A stretch of 63,157 bases of DNA, the filler included. It is 6 parts of 6 records of this genome, joined end to end, with 100 filler letters (N's around TTAATTAATTAA, not from the genome) between each part and the next. Parts side by side here need not be neighbours in the genome. Positions count along the whole stretch, not along the records: positions 1 to 21,842 come from DRR378314_702; positions 21,943 to 29,380 come from DRR378314_703; 4 more parts are not named here. One strand, 5' to 3'. Within the stretch, counting starts at the first letter, position 1. The number at the start of each line of letters is the position of its first letter. Shown piece by piece: positions 12,363-24,081 of this stretch. The notes below the pieces were generated by a model. It saw nothing but the letters and a program-made list of their open reading frames with translations. It did no database searches and was not told where the DNA came from. The translations under genes were made by a program, and so were the position numbers.

Positions 12363-14422
12363 CTAATTATCCAAGGCTTGTGGATGGTCCTGATGATCTT
12401 CGTCCTCTTCGTTGTGCCGCTCCTCCAGCTCGCGTGCCTCCTGCTTCTCCGCGCTGACGTCGCGTTCCTGAACAAGGGGAAGTAGCGCCACAGCATCGGC
12501 GGATAAGCTGATGCGAGAAAAAGTGATGTGTAGTACATGTAGACGGCACTTGTCTTCACAATACTGTATACATAATGCTTTGAAAGAGCGGAAGGAGGTG
12601 GGAGGCGGTTAATGGACCGGCGGACCTCGTTTTGTGTGGCAGGGAGCGGGTCGAGCTTGCGTCGCGCTGGCGATACCTCGCTCTCTGCCAGCTGGCGCTC
12701 GAGGCTCTCAATCTTTTCTACAGACTCGTCCACTTGGTGTCGCATGGATGGGAGTTTCGACGGTGAGGTTGTTCTAATTTTATGGGTGACAGGATACAAG
12801 TAAGTCACAAGTGTAATGCAACGCGCAAAAAATGGAAACCATCGTTAGAGGGCGAACCAATGGGAGTAGTCTCCGCGGGGAGGTGTGACAGACCTGACGC
12901 TCTCTCCCCACGGCGGCACATCGCAAGACCCCTGGACTATCATTTGGCCACTACCTGATCCTGCCTATGCCAAAGTTGGATGTCCAGAATTGTATCCCCT
13001 GGAGAAGAGAATAGGCAAAGCCTACAAATTATGCATTTTTGATGCGAACGTTACAACCGAGGAACGATGGATGGAGAAGCAGGGAGGCACGCACGTTGGG
13101 GGGCTTGCTGCACCAGGGACAAGAGGGGGCGGATACTCGCAAATTTTCACGAGCAGGTCCTCGTTCTGCTGCCGGGCTTTCTCCCACTCACGGTGGTCGT
13201 AAAACGGCTTTTTGTGCTGGATTCGGTGAAGAATTGCCTGAATTGTAAGCGCCCAGTACCACAATAACGGAGACAAAATGGTACAGCGTAAGGATGAGAC
13301 GAGACGTTTGCGTAGGTGGGGCGCGCGAAAACCCACCTGTCTGACGCGGCTCTGCGCACCACGTTTATCTTGAATGCCCGGTTCTCGCCGCGGCAATGCG
13401 CCAAGGAATTGGCATCAAGGGTGCTCGATGGATCATTCCGTCGCTCGTATGATTGCTAATGGATATAAGAATTGCCATGTATCTGCGAGAAGGCAAGTTT
13501 CTATCGATGGGTGCGCTGGTTTCCTAGAGACGCTTGTCCAAGCGAATGAACTGGATGTCTGTTTTTGAATCTAGAAACTCGCACCCTGGCGAGAACGCGT
13601 TCCCCTCCCCTGCGCGCACCTGATTTTCCTTCGTGATGCGAACAAGCTCCCTTCTCCTGTAGTCTTCGTTCAAACTTTTCAACGTAAATGGAGGTGCATC
13701 GACTAGGGAATGAGAAGACATAATGCTGGACATTTTCTCCAGAAGAAGCGTGTTCTCACGCTCGATTTTTGCGTAGCGCTCTGCAGCAGCGTGAAACGCG
13801 CCAAAGGAATGGACCGCGAGGGCGAGCGTGAACAGGCATGGGTGGGGGTCGGGGAGAATGCCTTATCTCTGAGTTCGCGCCGATTCACTTGCTGATTCAA
13901 GCAATACTTGGTGCAATGAAAAAGGAAAAAAAGAGCAGCCGTATTATCCTATTTGCATTCGAGATTGGCCATATTGTTGTTCTCAATGAAGGAGGGCAGT
14001 GCTCCTTTCGGGTCTCGCCAGAGCTGGCTGTCCCTGGAGTCACTGGTGCAAAAAAGCTTGCAGTCTGTATGCCCTTCACCAGTGTCTACCAGGGAGCTGT
14101 TTCAATCGTATGCAGCGATGTATATCTCATTTCAATATATCCGAGAGCATTTACAGGGCAAAGTGTGCGCAAGAAATAATAGTAGCTGGGGGGAGAAGGA
14201 CTTCTGGCATGTGCTCTGCGCGATGGAGTAACAACGAAAGCAGAACGCACCTTCCTCCAGCTGTGCTTTCTTTGACTTTGCTTTCAGGTGTGAAAATGTC
14301 TTGGGAGGCTTGTTATCAAGGCATGGCTTCATATTTTTGAGCTTTTCTCTGTGGAGTTGCATGCGTCGGTCTTGTTCTCGCCTCGAGAGAAGCCTGTTTC
14401 CAACGGGAAGAGCGCGGTACAT
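12363..14422 (-). CDS. CFAP97/hemingway (KIAA1430) domain ciliary protein, CFAP97D-like, about 5 exons
   Basis: Spliced product 'MYRALPVGNRLL...HREKLKNMKPCLDNKPP..HL...KKAQLEE / IERENTLLLEKMSSIM...KSLNEDYRRRELVRITKENQ / AILHRIQHKKPFYDHREWEK...ICEYP', with an acidic last exon ending in TAG at 12363. Confidence 0.85.
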
Positions 14423-14859
14423 GGCTGGAGGTAGTTGAACGCAGCTCCTCGCCGCGCTGCAGTCGAGACGACGAAAACGCCTTGCTCTGCACGGCGGGCG
14501 GGTCGTGCCAACACATTCGCGCGCATTAAAAGAAGAAAGAAAGAGTCACTGGGTATAAATCTGGACTAAACCAGCAAGTAAGACACTAGGAGTATCAAAC
14601 GTAAAGTGGAATCAAGTTTGCGGCGCCAGAAGTGGTCAGCAGAGCATGGGGTGCTGCGCGTAGTGGAGGAAGCACTTGCACGTGTGGCATCGTCTTGGCC
14701 GAGCACCTTTCTACTACCTCCTTGCTGCGTTGCATCTGCCTTTCGCTCGTATGCTGTCATCGCGATTTATAGACGCAAACAATTAAACCATTTAAACATG
14801 TATCGCATGGGTTTAGTGCTCGCTTTTTTGGTTCTTTGATTACGCGTTGGTTCTAAATT

Positions 14860-15523
14860 CTACGTGGTGTCGCCGAACGTCGCGCAAGGTGCTTGCACAG
14901 GGACTCCAGGGGGTTTCGGCGCTATTCCATATTCAGGGCACCGTGGGCTTCTGCGACAAGCGCCTGGCGAGCGGTCAGAAAAGCACACGGTTCTCTTCCA
15001 CAATAATCCGCATGGACATACCAGAAAATGGCGCAACGATCGAGTTATGCTGGATAATGCAGGGTTCCACGGTGGTCTGAAGAAATCAACGCGACACACG
15101 GCTCTCACTGCGAGAAAGGTGCTGGTTGTTCCGGGTTCCGAGATGGAAGTGGCCTGCTCCTCTAGCACAGCGACAGCAACCGCCGCTTTCCTACGCTCCA
15201 CAAAGTAGAGGAAACAATGATTCTTGGGTACCCCTGGGGCTGTATCGGATGCATTCCCTCTCCCAGCGCCCCAACGCCGCCGACTGCAGGATGTACAGCC
15301 CTACTGCCGCGCGGATGAGCCCGACACCGCTCTGGTGTTCATCGCGCGTTGACTTGTACGTTATAGGAGTGAATCATCGCGCAGCATGCGAGGTGCCACG
15401 GTACACTTTTTCTTTTCCAAAAATAGGCACCTGCACCGCACTTTGCCGGATGCTTGCGCGTTCATACCAGGGACGCACGACCTCCTCCACCTGCTCGACG
15501 ACAATTGTGGGGGCGAGATCCAT
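14860..15523 (-). CDS. Hypothetical small spliced protein (starts MDLAPTIVVEQVEEVVRPWYER); 3' end uncertain
   Basis: ATG at 15523 followed by exon-like segments bounded by GT/AG. No recognisable domain. Confidence 0.3.
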
Positions 15524-15664
15524 GGTCACACGGGCGACTTGTCAATCCCCTTTATTCGTTTATAACACGAGCCTAGCGGCAACATTCAATGCAGAGCAAC
15601 CACGCACACGAAAACGGCACTTGAAGGCACGCGCTGATGCTGAAGGAATACCGCACTCAACGCC

Positions 15665-18606
15665 CTACAGCCCACGTTTGCGGGGAATCGTGACCGAGTC
15701 GTGCACTTTACCGTCCCGGTTCGTGTAGTATGACAATGTCATTGCGCGTCCATCGGACACAAGGTCGACGAATCCAAACTCCATCGAACGGAACATCGAC
15801 CACTCTGGCGCGATAAAACGCGAGGACAGGTGGTGTTCTTCGAAAGGATTCGAGCCTTTGTGTTCCCAGTTCACCTGATACGTGTTGCCCGCCATTCCTG
15901 CGGCAGAAAACAGGCAACGCGAGCACCCGCCCGGGCGGATGACAAGTGAGAGGAGTGGAGCAGGCTTTCCGAGCTACAACGAGCCTCCGACACGCAGCGC
16001 AACCACCATACTTTCTACGACTTGCACCATCTCCACAATCGCTGGGCGGAAATCATATACAAGATGAATCGCTTGTAAATACGCAACACTCGGTGTGATA
16101 CGGCTGATTCAGCGGGCGCAGCTCGTGGCGTTGGTTCTCTGTGCGCTCGCACGGGTTCGGCGTCCGCGGGGGAACCGACAGCGCGTTCGGAGAAGACAAG
16201 CGGTCGCGCGGCATCCCTGAGCACAACACCAAGCGCAGCTATCCGCTATCATCACAGATACAACGCACGTCCACAGCCTTGTCGGGGAGTAATGCTCGCT
16301 TGTCAGCGTGACGTACCTGCTACGACGTGGACCGGTGCATGCTCCGTTGATTTCTCACACTTGGAGTTCCGCATTGGGCACGTGCGCTCGTACGCGTGCT
16401 CGTGGCCCCATAGGCAGAGATCAACACGGTACTTGACCAGTAGCGGTTCCAACGCGCCCCGCATATGCTTGCGCAAATCGACCTCGTAATCATTTTCAGT
16501 GCTGGAGTATACTGGGCGATGCCCAGTGAACACAATGAACGGTGTTCGCTTGCGATCCACAGCGGCCAAGTCGCGCTCAATGAATTCGTACTGCGGGCTC
16601 CCGCGGACAAAGTTGTTTTCAGTCGAGAACATGACCACATGGATGTTTCCAACGTCGAAGGAATAGAAATGTGGCACCGTAGATGGGAGCCCCGCTTTCT
16701 TGGGCAGATTATGCGAGACTGGCATGTCGAAACGCGTGTCGTACGGTACGCCGCACTCTCCGCCGGAGTCCGTGCCGTACTTGTACCACGACGGCTGGAA
16801 CGATTGCGTCGGCCAGTCGAATTCGTGGTTCCCAATACCCACCATGTACGGGCGCGCCGAGGCCACGGGGGCAATCGAAGCAAAGTAGTAGTCCCACAGC
16901 CACGCTAACCCGCGCGCATACGAAATATCGCCAAAATGAACAATGGCGTCTACCACACGATCCCGACCTCCACGCGACGCCTTTGCGTCCCGGATCATGC
17001 CAGACACCCAGCGCATTGTCTGCGCTGCGGGAGGCTGCACCTCGTACGTGGTATCAAACGGCGTTTGCACGCCAAGGTCACCATAGACAACGAGATGCGT
17101 GTGCGTATCCGGTCCAACGCGCGATGGGACGCGCACTTGGAGAGGTTTCGACAAGGGCAAACTGGCGCCGTCCGATACTCGGCGTCCGCCGCCGACGCGA
17201 TAGCGGTATTCGCGCCCTGCCGTGCAACGCCCACCCAATTTTCCCAAGTAGCACCGGAACCAAAGATAAACGTTACATTTGATGAGAAAAATTAAATTCA
17301 GATAAGCCTGGGAATCCTCGTCTAAGCGTGCGAAACCGCCTGCTTCGCGCTTGCCGAAGAGGCGCTAGCACAGAACTAGGAGCGGTGACCAGCACGAAGA
17401 ACGTTTGCAGAAGCCACATTCATTCCACGCGAACAGCTGAGACATGCGGCGCGAGGAGAGTGAATCTTTTCCATGTAGACACTAGGTGTAAACAATGTGT
17501 CCATCTTTACATGCGGAGGTAGAGGTGGAGCAGGATGGACGCGCAGGCGAGTGTGCGGAGCTCTCCGTGTGCCACAGAGGAACCAAGCGTACCAGCTTCC
17601 AAGCTCTCGACGTGGGCGATATAAAACATTCCTGGATCGCGCCATGCGCTCGTCGCGTTTGCAGGCGCTCCACACATGTCCTCTCTACAATCACATCCGT
17701 GCGTAGGATAATAAACACTTCTCTGTCAGCAAAGACACGGGTTCATGAAGCGCACCGCCACGGAGCGGAAACCGGTATTCCGCAGCAGGAGGGACGCCGA
17801 CCCTCGGCAACGCGCTGCTCTCGGCTGCAACTGGCACGGGTGGCGGGCTCCGCCGCTCCGGAGGAAGTAGTCATCGCGTCTTTCTGGGACATTCCGGCGA
17901 TTCTACGTATATACCCAGCACTTCACCGCGACAAAAGGACGAAACACAATGCCATGCAGCGGCAGAGACCACACTGGCGCACAGACAGCCGCCGCGCAGC
18001 ACGCTTGGCAGCTGCTGGAACGCACCGCGTGTACGTGCGGACTTCCTGGACAGGGACAAAGCCGACCCCATCCACGTGCACTCCGGCGTCTTGAGCGCGA
18101 TCTGCAATCGTCCACATGAAAGAGAGTGTGACATTGTGCGCTGCGTACTGGGATGGCAGAGGCGGCGGCACAATCGCCGTGTGGATATGCTGCGGGTCGT
18201 TTGCGTCGGCGAAGCGGATAGAGTTCGACTGCGCCAGTACGGCGGCGCCGTCCAGCAGCGAGGTACGCTTCACGCTCGGAACTGGGCCGCGCCACAGCCG
18301 GAAACCGTACGTCGCGCGGATCGAGACAATATCCTTGATTGTCAATGCGCCATGACCAGATTGCCAAGTGGTTGACTTTGTAACGGGAATAAACCCGACG
18401 AAGTTCTCCGGCGTGCTGTCAGCCGGTGTGTAGATCGCGACGAAATCGGTTGCGCGCGGATCGGACACTCCGCCCCACTGCACCCGCACCTCGGCCGGAG
18501 AATGCGGAAGCACGTCGGGGGACGCACGAATTGAAGCCTCACCGACGCCATTACGGACAAGAGTGAGCAAAATGACGAGCAGCGCACACGAATGCAGACG
18601 TGCCAT
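15665..18606 (-). CDS. Secreted purple acid phosphatase (fn3_PAP + Pur_ac_phosph_N + metallophosphoesterase), plant PAP2/PAP9-like
   Basis: Signal peptide 'MARLHSCALLVILLTLV'; 'TYTREDMCGAPAN...WRDPG' across an intron; all five metal motifs present (GDLG, GDISY, GNHE, GHRP, GHEH); 'YGTDSGGECGVPY'; C-terminal 'PEWSMFRSMEFGF'. Confidence 0.93.
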
Positions 18607-19068
18607 GCTTGTAGTTGTGCTGGGCCGACCACGATGAAAAGCGCCCAATTCAGCGTCGCGGCGAGGCTGACCGCTGCGTTCCACGCCTCTAATCTGCGGA
18701 GTATAGTTTGGGCAGAAAGGGGCCATTGAAATATCCTCCCTCTCTCACCAGGTATCAGTAGCAATGTGGCGACCTTTTTGCGCAGCGGCTGGCTTACGAG
18801 GGTTACTTATATCAAAGTCCGCAGGCCGCACAGCGCCCGCTGGTCGAGGTGCGCGTCGTCAAGTTACGGGCGCGCGGAAGCGAGGCTCAAGCGGTACCGG
18901 CGACGCACATTCCGTTGCTCTGCCGGCCCCACCACCGTGCTCGCACTGGTGGCGCATGTTACCAGTGACTGTAGCATTATCGATTCATACATAGTTTTGT
19001 GATCTACCAGCTTGTCTCAATCTATGAGCTAACGGTGTGGTGACCTAGCCAATTGCACTCGCAAGGAT

Positions 19069-20590
19069 ATGGCAGCACTAGCGGTGTGCCGCATCTGTCT
19101 CGAGCCCTGCGGCGAAGGCGCCGTAGCTCCCTGCCAGTGTCGCGGCTCACTGCAGTATGTGCACCACGAATGTCTCGAGGTAACGGGTCACGAGTACAGG
19201 AGGGCTATATGTTGGTTTCTACTGTCACGTTGACGTGATGGCATTTCGAGCCGAGCGCATTTGTGCGATCCGTTCGTGCTGGCTTTCGCGAGAGCGCTCG
19301 CTGTGCTCGTGCTTCGAGCCAGCACAGCATCCTGGAAGTGGCGGCGGTGTAGCGTGCGCCGCAATCCCTCCCGCCCTCTCTCTTGACATGTGCTACAGTA
19401 TTTCTACACACTATGCCTCTTTCAACGTACTTATGAAGTCGCATTTGGGAAATGGGATGATAGCGCTTGCTGCACTTGGGGACGAGAAAGGCTGTGCTTT
19501 GGGCGGCGGCGGCGGCGGCAACAACGGCGTTTCTCGTGTGCGCTGCCATTGCCTTATTGCTCTCTCGACTGCATGCGTTGCTTCGTACTGCAGAGATGGC
19601 TCCGGCAGAGAGATTTCCGCCATCTACACTGTGAAATATGCCACGCGGAATACAGCGTACGCGTTCTTTTACCGAGCCCGTTCGCGATGCTGACGCGCGG
19701 TTCGGCGCGCGATCTGAGCACGGTGCGTTCACGCTGCTCTCTTGTCGCACAAGCTCCAAAGCTTCATCTGCCGATACCGCTGTCAGAATCGTAGGCAGTG
19801 CCTATTCCATCGCAAGAAAGGTATCCCGGATAGTTATCGATGGAGATATCTTAGCGTGCAGCTCTGGGCACGCGAATCATCGTTTCTATCGATGCGCCTC
19901 TTTCCTTGGTCCTATGTGTTCGCGGCAGAGTGGTCCTTCGGGCTTACTATCTTTCTGTAAAGGGCAGTTGGCGCCTACAGTCCGCTGCTCTGGTGCACAT
20001 CTCCCGTGTCTGAAAGAAAGCGTGCTGGGTATCGTCGCGGCGGATTATGTGCAGATTGGATGCCATATACTTTATTGTATATTCGTGGGTTACAAGCTCT
20101 TCACTGGAGTTCGTGTGTGGTGGAAGCGCTCTGCACTGCTCGCCTTCCAGCGCAGCGCGCGCTCATCGGTGCAGCGAGGTCTCCGAGCTGTCTTTATGGC
20201 GCTGTCAGTTTTTCACTATGTCCTATTCGTCTTATCGGATGCAAAGTACTTGCAAAAGGTATGCAGTATTACATGTAGTTCTCTTGTGGGTGCGAGAAAG
20301 AGGCAGAGCGCCGCGGCCGTGTTGCACGATGCACTTCCTGCGCGCTCCATGCAGAACGAGGGGACGAGGGAACGAGAGGCGAACCCTTGTCCTCTTGCTC
20401 CGCGTGTGTGCTCGATATATGTATGTCGCCAAATCCTGTGCGTTGTTGCTTTCGCACCGATAATTCCGTTCGTGCGGATGGAGATGGCGCGTGTAGCAGC
20501 AATAGCCAGAGTGGGAGCCGCACTGCAGCTGGATTCCGTCTTCCTCGTTGCCAATGGGGAAAGCAAGTGGCACAATGGTCCAGCGCTGAA
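19069..20590 (+). CDS. RING-CH (RINGv, MARCH-like) E3 ubiquitin ligase with downstream hydrophobic segments; 3' end uncertain
   Basis: Exon 1 'MAALAVCRICLEPCGEGAVAPCQCRGSLQYVHHECLE' splices to 'RWLRQRDFRHLHCEICHAEY', giving a C4HC3 RING-CH. Later hydrophobic helices include 'GCHILYCIFVGYKLF' and 'VFMALSVFHYVLFVL'. Confidence 0.8.
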
Positions 20591-21090
20591 AAGTGCGAAC
20601 CTTTCACTTTTTGAACTCTATCATATTCATCATTTGCATCTTGCATCTCACGGAAGCGATGTGAATATGTTGCGCGGTGCGTGTATTCTACCGGTGGTGT
20701 CTGAATATCTATTCTTGCGGTATGCAGTACATCCACCAGTGGCGCTTGCGAAACATGATCATCGAATTCGACACGCCTTCTTGTACAAGATAGAATTCCG
20801 CATGCTACTTTATTCTATCAAAATCGCAGAGCACAGTAGAGGCAGCCAGGAAAAAAAAAAGGCTGGTTTCCCGTAGGCGAGAGAGTCTGCGAGACCTGTA
20901 CCGGAGCTGGTTCGCGCTGTTGGAGTGAAGGAAGGGAGGTCCTTTCTTTCCCGAGAGCTGACTTTGCATTCGGCGCAGGGGAGTGACAAGAATTCACATA
21001 GCAAGGTATAAACTATGGCAGCAGAAACCAGAGGGGGTTTTCAGCTCCCGATGTATGGTTGCGCTGCGTGTGGCCGTCGCACTTTTCTCG

Positions 21091-21600
21091 CTATGCGGGC
21101 CCGACGACTGCGGCACGCCGGCGCTCTGCCGCCGCTCCCTGAGCGGACTTGCCGGGACTACGCGCGCTGAACCGGCGCAGTAAATCATCGGAAATACTCA
21201 CCGATGCTCGAAGGGTGCGCTTCGAGAGCTGCAGTAGCCGCGTGTGCGAGGCCATTGATCGCCGCGGCCGGCGTGCGCGCTGGCGCGGTGTTTGGCTGGA
21301 CATGTGGTTCTCCTCCGACAGCTCGACTGGCACCGGAAGTTTCTTTTTCTCGAGAAACGCGGTGAACTGCTTCGTATCCACAGGGATTGACCGCACGAGA
21401 AACGCCGTAAGCATCTGAACCCCCGGATGGTCGTGAGCTGGAGCAGGAACGGAGGATACGATTCGGTAGAGGTCCTGCGGGCGAACGGGAAGACCGTCTT
21501 GTACTCGTTCCTGCGACGAAGAAGCGCGCAAGAATCACCGCAGCGCAGCGGCCAAGGGACAAGTGAGCGATTCGAGGGCAAAGCTGCCTCTTTGCTGCTT
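21091..21600 (-). CDS. 3' exon of a hypothetical protein; 5' part probably beyond the contig end
   Basis: Open frame 'ERVQDGLPVRPQDLYRIVSS...FTAFLEKKKLPVPVELSEE' with GC-ending codons. No family recognised. Confidence 0.4.
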
Positions 21601-21842
21601 CTCGCGCTATCTGTGCATGTGCCTCACTGCCCTGCGAAAACGCGCATCATATGTTGGAGCTACGTCATCGTGCGATAGGGGGGCAGCGTGGGTAAGTTTC
21701 CTTTCCTTCTATTTTGCTTCGCAGACAGGAAAGTCTGCAATTCCTGCGATTTGCGGCGACAGACTGCAGGTCTCCCAGCGTGCTTGTACCTCCACGCGGG
21801 TAGCGACGGACGTAATCGGATGATTCTCATATACGGGGCAGT

Positions 21843-21942
21843 NNNNNNNNNNNNNNNNNNNNNNNNNNNNNNNNNNNNNNNNNNNNTTAATTAATTAANN
21901 NNNNNNNNNNNNNNNNNNNNNNNNNNNNNNNNNNNNNNNNNN
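21843..21942. other. Artificial contig spacer
   Basis: N-run / TTAATTAATTAA / N-run; eukaryote-to-bacterium switch across it. Confidence 0.99.
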
Positions 21943-21964
21943 CGAAAGGCAAGCGGAGCTTGCC
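21943..21964. repeat. REP-like palindrome at contig start; may also act as terminator for the cytochrome gene
   Basis: GGCAAGC-GGA-GCTTGCC hairpin (21948-21964) preceded by CGAAA, about 22 nt past the stop of the minus-strand gene. Confidence 0.5.
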
Positions 21965-21986
21965 GGCGGGATACCAGAGACCTGTC

Positions 21987-23873
21987 TTATTCCTCCTGAT
22001 CCGTGGTGCGGCTGCGCAGGTATTCGACCAGCGCCGCGCGGCCCTGGGCGTCATCGCCCTGGTCCAGGTTCTCGGGGAAGTAGAAGGGATGCGGGGCCTG
22101 CTCGCCCCGGGCCGGGTCGAGCAGGCGGTCGAGGCCGTCCCGGGCGTCGCTGCCGCGCACCGAGCCGTCGTGCAGGAAGCGGGCCTTGCCGTCCAGGGCC
22201 AGCAGCAGCGGCTGGGCGAAGCCGCGCCGGCCGCCGCGCAGGGTGGCGTCGAGGGCGACCACGGAGTCGTCGTAGGCCGGCGCGGGGCCGCCACGGGCGT
22301 CCTGCACGTCGCTGAAGTCGCTCACCGTGGACCGTTCGAACAGCACCAGCAGCTCGTCGTTGTAGGCCGGGTACAGGGTTTCGATGGGGACCACCTCGGC
22401 GGAGACCGGCTGGTTGGGGTCGGCGGTGTGGCAGGCCACGCAGCCGGCGCCGCCGTCTTCCCGGCGGGTGGTGAACAGGGCGCGGCCGGCGGCCACCTGG
22501 TCGGCGTCCAGATCGTCGGGGGCGGCCGGTGCCGGCAGCTGGTCGGTGTAGGCGCGCAGGTCGTCCAGTTTCCGCTGGGCGACGCGGCGGCCCACCGGGC
22601 CGGCCGGGGCGCCCACCGGCAGGTCGGTGCGCTCCACCTCGACGAACGGAATCACATCGGTGGCGGCCATGCCCTCCGGGATCACCCCGGTGTCGCGCAG
22701 CACCGCTTCGTAGCGTCGGGCGATCTCGTCGCCCAGGCGGCCGGCGACCACGTTCAGGAAGGCACGCCCGGATTCGGTGAGCAGGCTGGTGGGCTCCATG
22801 GCGACGGTGTAATCCAGATTGTTGAAGTCGTCGACCTGCTCGAAGATGCCGGCGTGGCTGCCCGGCGCCGCCAGGTCGGTGCGGAAGAACGGCGGCGTGA
22901 TGGAGGCGTTGCCGAGGCCGTCCGGGGTGCCGTCGAACGAGGTGCGCGGGTAGTAGCGCCGGGTCTCGCCGTCCTGCTGGTAGGTGCCGGTGAGGTACTC
23001 GCGGGCGGCGGCGGTGGCCTCCTCGAGGGTGCCGTCGGCGGGGATGCCGGCGAAGTCGCCGCGCCCGACGGTGACGCCGTCATAGGGTTCCGGCTCCGGC
23101 CCGGAGGGCAGCAGGCCGTCGAGCAGGCCGCCCTGGTCGTCGTCGGCGCCGGCGTCCGGCTGGTCCAGGCGCAGCTGCAGCAACGGCAGGTAGGCGAGCG
23201 GGTTATTGGCGGTGGCGAACAGCGCGCCCACATCCAGGTCGCGGGCGATGACGCCGTCCACCGGCTGGCCGGCGGAGCCGGCGCCGGCCACGCCCGGGGC
23301 GAGCACGTCGCCCTCGGTGCTGGCGTGGCAAAGCGCGCAGCTCACCCCGAGCCGGTCGCCGGCGGCCAGGTTGAGGCCGCCGCCGGTGAAGCCGTCGCTG
23401 CTGCCCAAAGGCTTGCGTTCGCCGTCGGCGCGGAACGGCACCAGCCCGATCACGGCGCCCTGGTTGAGCCAGGCGTTGAGGCGGGTCGGCTCCGCCAGCA
23501 CCGTATCGGCCGGGTCCGCGCCGGCCTCAATGCGGGCGGCGGCGTTGCGCAGCGCCTCGGCCTGTTGCGGTGCCAGCGCGGCGGTGTTGATGTTCAGCCC
23601 CATTTCCAGGGCCCGCAGCGGCGTCATGCCGCTGTCCTCGATGCCCTGGGGCAGGCGCATGGCGCTGGTCCAGAAACCCTGGTTGCCGAACGTCTCGAAA
23701 CGGAATATCTCGCGGCCCCGGTCCACCGCGGTGAGGGCGGCGTCACGCTGTTGCGGCGCGTTGGCGGTGGTTTCGCCGCCGGAGCCGCTGTCACCGCCAC
23801 AGGCGGTCAACGCGAGCAAGGTGCACAGCGCCATCGCGGCGCCGCGCCCGGTGTGCATGGAAATAACTGACAT
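21987..23873 (-). CDS. Di-heme c-type cytochrome lipoprotein, bCcP/MauG/RoxA superfamily-like, function unknown
   Basis: Lipobox 'LLALTA|C'; CxxCH motifs CALCH (23325-23339) and CVACH (22428-22442); 'PLLLALDGKARFLHDGSV'; C-terminal 'PHPF...RAALVEYLRS'; GGAG RBS upstream. Confidence 0.8.
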   Translation of the reverse strand: MSVISMHTGRGAAMALCTLLALTACGGDSGSGGETTANAPQQRDAALTAVDRGREIFRFETFGNQGFWTSAMRLPQGIEDSGMTPLRALEMGLNINTAALAPQQAEALRNAAARIEAGADPADTVLAEPTRLNAWLNQGAVIGLVPFRADGERKPLGSSDGFTGGGLNLAAGDRLGVSCALCHASTEGDVLAPGVAGAGSAGQPVDGVIARDLDVGALFATANNPLAYLPLLQLRLDQPDAGADDDQGGLLDGLLPSGPEPEPYDGVTVGRGDFAGIPADGTLEEATAAAREYLTGTYQQDGETRRYYPRTSFDGTPDGLGNASITPPFFRTDLAAPGSHAGIFEQVDDFNNLDYTVAMEPTSLLTESGRAFLNVVAGRLGDEIARRYEAVLRDTGVIPEGMAATDVIPFVEVERTDLPVGAPAGPVGRRVAQRKLDDLRAYTDQLPAPAAPDDLDADQVAAGRALFTTRREDGGAGCVACHTADPNQPVSAEVVPIETLYPAYNDELLVLFERSTVSDFSDVQDARGGPAPAYDDSVVALDATLRGGRRGFAQPLLLALDGKARFLHDGSVRGSDARDGLDRLLDPARGEQAPHPFYFPENLDQGDDAQGRAALVEYLRSRTTDQEE

Positions 23874-24081
23874 TGTTGTTCTCCCGATACCTTCTTTTTA
23901 TGCACAGCAAAATCCGCGTGGGCGGATAAATAACCACAAAGGTAGGGAGAGTAATCAGAAAGGCCGGAGAGCGGCCACAGCGCCGGCGACAGGTTTGCAA
24001 TAAAGGAAAAAAAAACACCTAAGTTTACCTAGCGCGTATAAAAGGCATCATCACCAAACCCCGGGAACCGACGAGGACATC

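Noticed and set aside
21843..21942. TTAATTAATTAA palindrome repeated five times as a biological repeat or transposon target site
   Set aside because: Always centred in N-runs of identical length; it is a synthetic all-frame-stop linker.
21960..23870. 636-aa plus-strand ORF, and similar long ORFs at 24829-25716, 26100-27596 and 28240-29436
   Set aside because: Antisense shadows of real genes in very GC-rich DNA.
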